Shown here: positions 39,410-49,872 of the stretch, one piece after another | Position numbering within the stretch: position 1 is the stretch's first letter | Layout of the letters: every line of letters starts with the position of its first letter | Assembly: GCF_009914755.1 (NCBI RefSeq) | Contig: NC_060930.1 | Source: the human T2T-CHM13v2.0 reference genome, Homo sapiens | Length of the DNA: 64,000 bases | Direction: 5' to 3' (one strand) | Notes under the pieces: model-generated | What the model was told of the DNA's origin: nothing | The model's input: the letters and a program-made list of their open reading frames with translations, nothing else | Database searches by the model: none | Made by a program: the position numbers and the translations under genes

Positions 39410-40235
39410 GAATGATAGCTCTCCTTTATTGAACACTTATTATGTACCTACTTCTGTGCTGAGCTGCTCATATGTATTATCTATTGAATGCCCATAACAA
39501 CCCTAAGAAATAGATACCATTATTGTCTTCATTTGCCCAGGAGGAGGCTGAGGCTTGGAGGAGTATAAGAACTTGCTGACAGTCATAACATCTGAAGGGG
39601 ATTAGAATATGTCACGCCAAAATATGCCACTTTGGCATAATAATTATTTTAAGTTGAAGGCAATTGAGAAAAAGCAGACACAAGAAGAGCTCTTTTCCCT
39701 CCCCTATCTGCCTAAACATAGGGCATAAAGCTTTCTTGTGAAAGTATTTCCCCACCTTCCATATCAGGAAAGGGATAACAAACTGTACCACTGGAAATGG
39801 AGACAGCACCTAAATAAGTCTGTATAGACAAACCTTACTACATAACCTTTATCTAGCAGTTAATTTCCCCCATATATTTACCTTCCCACAATTTGCCACT
39901 CCTAGAAAGCCAAGCCCCTTTCTTTTGTGTAGTCACTTCTCCATAATTTATCACTCTTTGTTAAAATGGTGTATAAGGCCAAGTCTAGTCACTTCTTTGG
40001 GCTGTTTCCTTCTGTTTCTTCAAAGCCCATGTACATGTACAAAGATTAACATCCAGTAAATTTTGCATGCTTTTCTTCTGTTAATCTGTCTTCTATTAAT
40101 TTAATTCACAGGCCCCAACTACAGAAGATAAGAGGGCATAGGAAAAGTTTTTCCTCTCTACAAGCCAAAAGTCGCAAGGCTAATATTTACTCCCCTGATT
40201 CTCTCCTCCAGAGCCCACACCCTTCATCACTACTG
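39410..40235 (-). mobile_element. MIR split by the MER34 LTR (parts 39410-39592 and 40163-40235)
   Basis: TTTATTGAACACTTATTATGTACC…GAGGCTTGGAG… resumes after the LTR as …CTCCAGAGCCCACACCCTTCATCACTAC. Confidence 0.75.
39593..40162 (+). mobile_element. MER34-family ERV1 solo LTR
   Basis: TGAAGGGGATTAGAATATGTCACGCCAAAATATGCCACTTTGGCATAA…GGAAAAGTTTTTCCTCTCTACA. Confidence 0.85.
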
Positions 40236-42109
40236 ATAAAGGTATGATAATGAATTCTAAATTCCTTTCTTAAAATCTGCTAATTGGGTAAAGAAGTAAA
40301 GAAAAGTTTGATATTCTCCTCCATATAATGGCTTATTTATAGCTATAACTTACTTGTCAAATACAAATGCTACCGTGGTACTATTTATGTGACACGTGAT
40401 CCAAAGACTGTTACCACACACTACACTAAAACATGGATATGACATATTTCCTGTGAAGAAGAATTTGGTATGATTTAGAAAATCTTGAATCATATTCAAT
40501 AACTTAATTTTTTATCCAGGATATAAACATATAATTGTTTCAAGGTATAAACTCCTGTACAGAATGTCAGTGTATTATGGCACACCCCATAAAGAGACTG
40601 TAAAAAACAATTATAGTTTTATGCTCAATTAAAGAGACGGAAATTTTTAAAAGGGGCTATGTCAATCAGAAAGAAAAGTACCTAGGGCTCATTAATTTAA
40701 AGACAGTAATTGATACGCTGGCTTCAGGAGTGTTTTTCATATTATCATTAATCAACTCTTCATTTGAAAAACACACACGAGGGAATTACTGAAAGAGTAG
40801 GTATCACATTTAATTTTTTCCACTATGTTTTTCCTAGTTTCAAATATGTTTTTCAAATCTGGCATTCATGGTTGCTACTGCACTGGAATAATGGTAACAA
40901 CAGGCTGATGAGAATCTTAAGTGGCACTTACTCAGTGGAGTAATTGGAAGCGGCAATGGTTATACAAATGAATGCCCCTCAGAGGGAAGAAGGAGAGATT
41001 TGCCTTGAAACTGCGGCTGTAAAAAGTTAGTGCTGGTAAGTGAAGAAACAGAAACTAAGTGATAGAGAATGGGAACTAAGGTAGAAATAACTAACAAAGA
41101 TCACTGTGCAGAACCGTAGTGGTGTTCAGAGTAGATGCGCAAGTCCATATGCATGTAGCAAATACAAGTCTCAACCCACAAAATAAAGTGAAGATGAATA
41201 TATTTTAATTTTGTTAATAAAGTTATTTTAATTTCTGTTATAAGCTCTCTTCCACCAAGACAGAAGCACGGTCACATGCCTGGGTAAAAAGAATATCCCA
41301 GATACCCAAGACTAGACAGCATGCAGGGGTGACAGGCTTATTAACTTCACACTCACTGGGCCATCAGTACTTTACTTATAACCTCATTCATGGTTTTGAA
41401 GTTTTAAAAAAATGTTGCCACCTTGTTATTTTGTTACTCCTCTCTTATAAGTGATTTTCAGATAAGCAGAAACACATTAAAGGGAAAGTTTATTTGGTTC
41501 ATTTGCAAGGCAGAGTCCATGGATTTCTTTTGGCTATCCCTTTTTGCACTTTCAATGGAACAAACAGTGCAATTTTTATCCCTTCTGTTTTTAGAGCAGC
41601 AGCTGTAAAAGTAATTAATGGCTAAAGAGACTCTAGCACATCCTACTGAAAGGCCATTCTGGGTTCAGCAGGAGCTCTGGACCCCAGGCTCCTGCCTCTG
41701 CACGTTCACAGACTTGCAGAGAGCACTCTGATGAATGCTGAAGGACCCCCCTCCCAAACTTGGGATCTCCGCAGCACCCTGATCCATTTTGACCACTGCC
41801 ACTTATAAAGAAAACTGGTGTCAACAGGTGTTTTCATACTATTTCCAGTGATGACTTTGGTGCATATCCAGTATTCTTTTTTTTAATCTCTGGGAGTTGA
41901 CAATGTTCTCATGAATTCTATTAAAAAATGAGCATTTCCCCTAATATGTTTTCTCTTCCTTTCAGCCTTCACTTTCTTCTTTTTGTCTCTACCTTCCTTA
42001 AAATAGCATTGTGCAAAAACATCCCTGAGGTTAAATAATAATCATGTATAATGAGGAAGCGTTCTGTGTGTGCCCTCTGCAGAGTCAGAGGCCTGATGTG
42101 GGACTGAAA

Positions 42110-42320
42110 ACACAAGCTGGCCTCCAGGCCTGGTGAGGGTCATGCTCCCTGTGACCTCGAGTCAATTGCTCGACACTTTGGATTCTCAGTTTTCTGATCT
42201 TTAAAATAAGGATGACAGTACCTACCTGGGCTACTTCACAGTGTCCTTGAGGGATCATGAAAGTGAGTGTATTTTGTAAACTGCAGTGTTCCATAGGGAC
42301 ATAAGGAATGTTGGTCTTAT
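42110..42320 (+). mobile_element. MIR
   Basis: TGTGACCTCGAGTCAATT…CTCAGTTTTCTGATCTTTAAAATAAGGATGACAGTACCTACC. Confidence 0.8.
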
Positions 42321-43174
42321 TGATTTTGTTAGAACAAGACTCTTCAGAAACAGTGGTGAGAGAGAGGAATCAGTCCGGGATTCCTCTTTTCCATCTCATT
42401 GACTCATCTGATAACACTGAGATAGTGGCTTGCTGCTGCATATTCCCTAGCGGACTGAGAGAACACACATTTGCCAAATATGGAGGGGAAGATGAGCTTT
42501 CTGAACACCCTCCTATTGTCTGCACTGGAGCTAAGCCAGGCCACATCTTCAGGATAATGATCTGAGGACGGTCAGGCTCAATTCATTCTGCCTGAGCTTT
42601 GCTGCTGCCCCTTCAAACTACTTACGAAAGTGGTATTAGGTTGTGATGGCTGCTGCCCCACCCTTGGGAGAATGCCCAGGGGATGTGGACTGCCCTAGGC
42701 AGCCACAGGAAACTGGACCAGAAAGTGCAGAGTCACTGTGTGCCCAGGCGCCTGCAGGCAGATCTTTCTCCACCACATACATTTTTAGTGGGCCCTCTCA
42801 CAAATGCCTGATATTTAACATTTGAGAAAGTCAGCAAAATGTTTTGTTAGTCTTTTATTCACCATTTTAAGAATATAACGTTTATCCAGTTGGTGTCGGA
42901 TAAAATCGGGAAAGAAAAATATGACTGCACTATAGACTCAGGGCCCAAAATTATTCTGATGATGGCCAAGTAAAAACATTAAAAGCTGAAAAATATAATA
43001 GCATCCAGGATATTACTGAAGATTAGTTTTAAGCTTAAGTTTTTTTCCCTCACTTATCCAGATTTGAGTATGAGAAGATTTAAAGAATTCTATAAAAACT
43101 GTGAAAATGCATCTGCTAAATTAATAACAGTATTTATTTCACAAAAATGTCCTAAGTTTTGTAATGCCTCTAAA

Positions 43175-44040
43175 ACAATTCTCAAACTTCTTGGTCTCAG
43201 TATCCCTTTAAAATTCATACATTACTTAGGACCCCAAAGGGCTTTTGTTCATGTAAATAATATCAATATGTATTTATTGTATTAAAAGTTAAACCTGAGA
43301 GTTTTTAAAAATTTATTTACTAATTCATTTAAAATTAACAAAAACAAACATACTACCTGTTAACATCAGTGCAATGATGTCGTCATATTGATGCCGGATT
43401 TCTTGCTCCTTAGCTCAGCTAGGTCTGGGTTCTTGTCTCATGACCAGGAAGAAGTAGGCACCTGGGCACTCTTAGAGTGAGCAAGGCAGGAAATTTTATT
43501 GAGTGATGAAACAGCTTTTTCAGGAAGGGGACGGGGATGGTCCCCCTATCCAAAGGCAGGAGAGTTCTCAATATAACCGAGCCCAGGGCTTTTTAAGGGC
43601 TCAGAATAGGGAGTGTGTGCTGACTGGTTTGTGAGTATGCAAAAAAGGTCAAAGCAAAGATGCCACTCAAAGGTGGGCACGACATTGTAGAAAATCAATT
43701 AGGAAAGGGTAGGTATGTGTAAAATGGGTGAAGGGTGGAGATCAATCAGAGGAAAGCACACCAAACAGGAAAGCGGGTTCTCAATCTGGTTCGAGGAGTT
43801 AACTTGTAGCTTGGCTTTCAGGCTTTAAACTGTCTTTGGCTTGGACGTGGGATTTCGCTGGGGACCCGCCCCTACATGCTTAGGCATTTGGCTGCCTCCT
43901 GCTGCTCTCAATATTTCATATAGCTATGGAAAAACTCTACTCATAAGGAAATGAGAGTGAGAAGGGCAAATGACTTCTTAGTGCTTGCTTGTCAAGGGCT
44001 TGTTTGACAATGTTTGCTCTAAAATATTTTGATCTCCATG
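43175..44040 (+). mobile_element. hAT-Charlie DNA transposon (MER119/Charlie1-like), split by an LTR
   Basis: TTCTCAAACTTCTTGGTCTCAG…GGACCCCAAAGGGCTTTTGTT…; resumes at 43911 with …GAAATGAGAGTGAGAAGGGCAAATGAC…. Confidence 0.78.
43389..43910 (-). mobile_element. ERV1 solo LTR (LTR1/LTR27/LTR28 group)
   Basis: TG…CA ends with perfect 4-bp TSD ATAT (43385-43388, 43911-43914); CTCCTTAGCTCAGCTAGGTCTGGGTTCTTGTCTC is the group signature. Confidence 0.88.
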
Positions 44041-44134
44041 AAAAAAGTGTTAAAGAAAATGAGGAATTACAATTTTATTATCCTAGGATTTTTAAAAGTC
44101 TGTTTCATTGATCTTAAAAAGTATATTTGTATTG

Positions 44135-44300
44135 TTCAAATTGTGGGCTATGAGTTTGAATCCTCATCCTGTCATGTACTGGTTGAATGACCTTGGACAA
44201 GCTATTTAAGTTTTCTGGACTTCAGTGTCCTCACCTGTAAAATAAAAATGATAATTGTATACCTTCCCCTTGGGGATGTTGTGATGAGCAAATTACTTAA
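44135..44300 (+). mobile_element. MIR
   Basis: TGACCTTGGACAAGCTATTTAAG…CAGTGTCCTCACCTGTAAAAT. Confidence 0.8.
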
Positions 44301-44305
44301 CCTTA

Positions 44306-44745
44306 TGTATGTCATGGTTGTCTAGAGGGAAAAAAACATATATATAAAATATTGGATATGTTCTATATATGTGTGTGTGTGACAGAGATACACACACACA
44401 AACACACACACACACACACAGAGATTTATGTTAAGGAATTGGCACACGTTACGGAGGCTGGCCAGTCCAAAATCTGCAGGGCGGACTGGCGCCTGGAGAC
44501 CCAGGGAAAAGCCAGTGTTGCAGCTCAAGTCCAAAGGTCATTTGCTGGCAGAATTATCTCTTGCTCCAGGGAAGGTTAATCTTTTGTTCTGTTAAGGCCT
44601 TCAACTGATTGAATAATTATGGAGGGCAATTTATTTTGCTCACAGTCCACCAATTTAAATGTTAATCTCAAAAACACCCTCAAAGTAACAACCAGAATAA
44701 TGTGATTACATATATGGGCACCATGATCCAGCCAAGTTGATATAA
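44306..44745 (-). mobile_element. MLT2 (ERVL) solo LTR with internal TA/CA repeat
   Basis: GAGATTTATGTTAAGGAATTGGCACAC…CCAAAATCTGCAGGG…AAGGCCTTCAACTGATTG…CCAGCCAAGTTGA. Confidence 0.85.
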
Positions 44746-44753
44746 GACATTTT

Positions 44754-45890
44754 CGTTGACCAAAAAAGCCAAACTCTATAAAATATTTGAAGATATTTAT
44801 TCTGAGCCAAATGTGAGGACCATGATCTGTGACACAGCCTCAGGAATTCCTGAGAATATGTGCCCAAGGTGGTTGGGTTACAGCTTGATTGTATACACTT
44901 TAGGGAGACAGAAATTACAGGCAAAAACATAATACATATAAGATTCACATTGGTTCGGCCTGGAAAGGCAGGACATCGAGGGGGGCCGGGGAGTGTGACT
45001 TCCAGGTCATAGGTAAATTCAAAGATTTCCTGATTGGCAATTTGTTGAAAGAGTTAGGTTATCTAAAGCAAGCTTGTCCAACCTGCAGCCTGCAGGCCAC
45101 ATGCAGCCCAGGACAGCTTTTAATGCGGCCCAATACAAATTTATACACTTAAAACATTATGAAATTTTTTTGTAATTTTTTTTTTTTAAGCTCATCAGCT
45201 ATGGTTGGTGTTAGTGTATTTTATGTGTGGCCCAAGACAATTCTTCCAGTGTGGCCCAGGGAAGCCAAATGATTGGACACTCCTAATCTAAAGAGTTAAA
45301 GTCAGCAGAAAGAAATGCTTGGGGTTAAGACAAGGGGGGCTATGGAAGTCAAGGTTCTTGTTATATAGATGAAGCCTCCAGGTAGCAAGCTTCAAAGACA
45401 GTGATCATGGTAAATGTATCTTATCAGATCTTAAAATGTGCCAAACTCTTAATTAAATCACTCAAGGATCAGGAAAAGACCTGGAAAGGGAAGGGGATTC
45501 TCTACAAAGTGTAAATTCTTCCCACAAGAGATAGCTTTGCAGGGCCGTTTCAAAATATGTCAAAGAAATATATTTTGGGGTAAAATACTTTGATTTCTTT
45601 CAGGGACTGCCATCTGTCACGTGATGCTATACTAGAGTCAGGTTGGAAATTGGTATCTTATTGCTACAAAGAGTCTGTTTCCTCAGTCTTAAGATCTCTG
45701 TTTTAATGTTAATGTGAGTCGATGGTGCCTGAATTCCAAAGGAAGGAGAGTATAACAAGGCACATTCAAACCTCCTTCCCATCATGGTCAGAACTAGTTT
45801 TTTAGATTTCTCCGAAATCCCTTTGACTGAGAGGATGGGGTCCATTCAGTTAGTAGGTTGGGGGGCTCAGAATTTTATTTTTGGTTTACA
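44754..45890 (-). mobile_element. MER4-family ERV1 solo LTR, interrupted by MER30
   Basis: AAACTCTATAAAATATTTGAAGATATTTATTCTGAGCCAAAT…AGAATTTTATTTTTGGTTTACA. Confidence 0.9.
45069..45285. mobile_element. MER30 hAT MITE
   Basis: CAAGCTTGTCCAACC…GATTGGACACTCCT termini; perfect 8-bp TSD ATCTAAAG at 45061-45068 and 45286-45293. Confidence 0.92.
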
Positions 45891-46152
45891 CTTTGAATGG
45901 TGCCCGGCATATACAAACTCTAAACAAATGTTATATATTCTTAATATTGTATTGAATATATATTGTTTTTAGGTGTTGCATGAAAAAATCAAGTAATACG
46001 CAAAGCAAATTTTTATTTTTATGGAGAAAAAAACCATAAAACCCAGGAAACAAGTAATAAAGGTTAACATGGCTTTTTATACTTAATAATACTTCATATT
46101 TTGAATTAATATATAAGAAGATTCAGAAAAACCAGTGGGAAAAATATGTAAC

Positions 46153-46907
46153 TGTTGATGAAAAGAGTTAAACTCCGTACAATATTTGAAGAGATTTATT
46201 CTGAGCCAAATATGAGTGACGATGGCCCATGACACAGCCCTCAGGAGGTCCTGAGAACATGCATCCAAGGTGGCTGGGGTACAGCTTGGTTTTATATATT
46301 TTAGGAAGGCATGTGACACCAATCAAATACATTTAAGAAATACATTGGTTTGGTCCAGAAAGGTGGGACAACTCAAAGTGGGAGGCTTTCAGGCTACAGG
46401 TAAATTTAAACATTTTCTGGTTGACAATTGGTTGAGCTTGTCTAAGACTTGGGATGGATAGAAATGAATGTTCACGTTAAAAATAAAGGATTGCAGAGAC
46501 CAAGTTTTATTGTGCAGAGGAAGCTCTCAGATAGCAGACTTCAGAAAGAACAGGTTGTAAATTGTTTCTTACCAGACTTAAAAGGATGCCTGGCTCTTAG
46601 CTGATTGTCTTCTGGATCTGGAAAGAAAGGAAGGAAAACAAAGGGGAAAAGGGATTCTCTACAGAATGTGGTTTTTTCCCACAAGGGACTTTGCAGGGCA
46701 ATTTCAAGATATGGCAAGGAAATATATTTTGTGGTTAAATATTTTTTCCTCATCTTATAATGTTATGCCAGAATCAGATTGAAAAGTCACAAAATATAGG
46801 GTCAAATGAAATCCATCTGATGAGAACTTATGGTTTGTAGGGCATGACTCCCTAGACCCCTTAGGTAGGAATTTGGGTAACATAAAAAAATCAGAGCTTA
46901 GTCCTCA
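46153..46907 (-). mobile_element. Second MER4-family ERV1 solo LTR (MER4E-like)
   Basis: TGTTGATGAAAAGAGTTAAACT…CAGAGCTTAGTCCTCA; perfect TSD TAAC at 46149-46152 and 46908-46911. Confidence 0.9.
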
Positions 46908-46911
46908 TAAC

Positions 46912-47094
46912 CCAGAAACAAATCTTATCATATACAGTGATATGATAAAAATTGGCATCACAATGTGAAAGGTGAGTTAATCATTCAGTAAACAGTGTTT
47001 AAACAATTGTTAATTATTTGTTTAAAAAAATTACTTTATATCATCACTTTAACCAAAAAATAAATTCCAATTCTATTTAAGAGTGAAATGCTAA

Positions 47095-47131
<37 letters not shown>

Positions 47132-47400
47132 TTACAGAAAATAATTTATAAATTTATCTATATCTATATATAGATAAATATTTAGCTTATCTTTGGGTAG
47201 GATTTTAACTCAGAAATCATTGGAAATATTACTAAAACATTAAAACATTGATTACATTAAAATTACCAGTGTTAAAGGTAACAAATTGTGAAAGAACATC
47301 TACGCAAATGTAACACAGAATCGTTAGTATATGTAAAATATTGCAGGCTTACATAAATTGATAGGAGCAATATAAGATCCCACTGGGGAAAAAAATGGCA
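46912..47400 (+). mobile_element. Ancient L1M ORF2 3' fragment containing (AC)n; upstream part at ~45990-46150
   Basis: CCCAGAAACAAATC…TATGATAAAA…ATAAATTCC… is the degenerate L1 ORF2 C-terminal region; (AC)13 at 47105-47131. Confidence 0.55.
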
Positions 47401-47884
47401 ATGGTATCATCCTGGTCTGTCAGTTTCCTTTGAGTCACAAGGATAATAGAAGTACAGATTCTTTAAAGTAATGGAAATTTATGTAGAATTCCTCAGAATG
47501 CAGAGTTAGAGAGAAAATCATCCCTTAAGTAACAGTCATCTGGGACCCCAATGTCATCTTAACTGGGATAAAGTGTTGGCTTCAAAGACAATTATGAGAA
47601 CTGTCTTGTTTAGGACAATCTCTTGTTTGCCTTTCATTTGTACTTCATAAAAACTGAACATGATTAAATTGTTTGGTAATAATAGATGGATTGAAGAAAT
47701 TGATTCATGGGAATACATTTTGGACTAGATTTGTCACACCCACAAATGAAAAATGGATATTTTCTAGACTTTCACTTATTTTAATTGATGCACAATGGCT
47801 TATTTAAAATGTTTCAGCCTTAATCCTCCCTCTCCCTGCTTTTTGTGAGATTTTCTGGTCTCACCAACTACAGTTCTTTCCAGG

Positions 47885-48519
47885 TTTGGGGATGGAAAAA
47901 GCGTGGTACCTTTTCATCCCATCATAAGGGTCACAGCCAACACTCCTATAACAAAAAACAGGTTAACATGAGAAAAGCATAACACATTTCTTTAATCAAA
48001 GTTTTATATGACATGGGAGGCTTCAGAAATGAAGACCTAAAGACCCAGGGAAAACTGTCTATTTTTTTGCTTAGGATCAATGAAGAATGGACAGCCATGT
48101 AGAAATGTGATTGGACCAAAGGTTGTGATCTAATGGTGATAGGTTGCAGGGGAAACCCAGCAAGGCCTGACTGTTCAGATTCTTCTTGGCCTCTTTGTGT
48201 GGTATTTCTTTCTCCTGGGTATGCAGCAGGACCCCTCTGGAATGAGGGTCTTATGACCTGCTTTCAAGCAAGGTAGGTCAGATGGCTTCCTTGTGGCCAG
48301 CTCCTACACAGAAAGTTTAGAGCAATATTTCTAGTTTCTATGACCCACCTTGGGAAAGAGGAATTCTAGTTTCTATGGCCTGCCTTGGGGAACAGGAAAA
48401 AGAAAGGCAGGAGAAAGTCAGAGACAGACTTTGATTCTGAGACCCTTCCAATGTCCTTCGGTTTAAAGCACTCAGCATGCCAAAGTGCCATGCTGAGGTG
48501 GTTCAGAAAACCCCCAACA
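47885..48519 (-). mobile_element. ERV1 solo LTR of the MER34/MER39 group
   Basis: TSD CAGG at 47881-47884 and 48520-48523; …CAGGTTAACATGAGAAAAGCATAAC…CAGCATGCCAAAGTGCCAT…CCCCAACA. Confidence 0.85.
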
Positions 48520-49024
48520 CAGGACTGTGAGCTCATGGCTGGTGGGGACTTACTGTCTATGTGAGTCTGTGCCTCACACAAGTGCATCACACCCCCATGC
48601 CTCAACACCACATGTAAAGACAACTCCCTTGAAGGATTAATTGGCACTTTAAAAAGGATGTTGGAACAGAGAACCAAATTCCGGATACTTTCTTTCCCCT
48701 ACTATTTCCACAAGAGGCACCATGCAGGTTGACTCTTAGCCCTGGTTGTCCCAAACCAGAATGAAAGGTCTGGCTTGACTCATGGAGATTAGCTTAGGCT
48801 GCTGGGCAAAAGAACCAAACCCTGGTCCTGACTGTTGCATTGGAGCCTTCTGTGTGGTCTAGTGGAGAAAATACTTGCTGGGAGCCAGAAATTGAGATCT
48901 GCTCCTTGTCCAGTCTTCAGAGCAGGTGGCGGGGCCAGCTTTGCCGGAGTCCAAGTGGGGCACTTATGTTTGCAGCCTTCAGATTTCCCTAAAAATAGCA
49001 AGACCTCTGCATCCATGTATCTTT

Positions 49025-49190
49025 TGGTTGAGTCTCAGTCACTTGTAAGCTTCAACAATTAAATTTACCTCCCTGAACCTCAATGTTCTCATTTATAAAA
49101 TGGAAGAACTGCTTACATCATGCCCCTTAAGAAGATTAAATAACATTGCACTGCGCACATAGAGCATGTGTTTGGTGTATAATAATCTCA
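49025..49190 (+). mobile_element. MIR fragment
   Basis: TTTACCTCCCTGAACCTCAATGTTCTCATTTATAAAATGG. Confidence 0.7.
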
Positions 49191-49813
49191 AGAAATGAAC
49201 TTCTCTCCCCCTTAAGCTTATGTCACCATCTTGTTTCCTAACAGATCCATTTTTGATTAATTTTCAGACAGGAAAGGATCATATATATTCAAATGGTGTT
49301 TTATTAGCTAATAAGGCAAACTAAATGTTCTCTCCCAAGCATATTGGTATTTTAATATGGAAAAATGGGAAATTATGCTGTCATGGTGATACCTGAGGCA
49401 GCGAGGAGAAGCCAACAAGGACTGTATCCAGAGATTCAGGAGAAATTATCCAAGAATTCTTTGCTTCATAGCATTTTTGAATCAATCTTTTGATTTAAGC
49501 CTTCTGAAACTTAACTTGCCAATATTTTGAAAAGTGAACTATCAAGATTGTTGTCAATCACACCCTAGTGTGGTTTAACTTTCAGATCCCTTTTTGGAAG
49601 GGAAGTTTTATTTAATCCATGTGTTGAGAAGAGGAGGATGCAGTTCATATAACCTGGATATTTAGAGTGAAGGGAGAAAGAAGATACAGTGAATATGAAA
49701 TGAAACTTTCACATAATTCACACATGTACCCAGAGTTGCAAGGAGAAAACAAAAGTATTGGTACATAAGTACTTTTACGTGAAATGATTTAAAATGTTTG
49801 TATATGGTATTTT

Positions 49814-49872
49814 TTGTTGTAGTTTCTGAGATGGAGTCTTGCTCTGTCCCTCAGGCTAGAGTGCCGTGCCAC
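49814..49872 (-). mobile_element. Severely 5'-truncated Alu (3'-terminal ~45 nt plus tail)
   Basis: TGAGATGGAGTCTTGCTCTGTCCCTCAGGCTAGAGTGCCGTGCCACG flanked by direct repeat GGTATTTT. Confidence 0.8.

Noticed and set aside
48328-48390. TTCTAGTTTCTATG…CCTTGGG direct repeat
   Set aside because: Only two units inside an ERV1 LTR, probably a consensus feature; not CRISPR-like.
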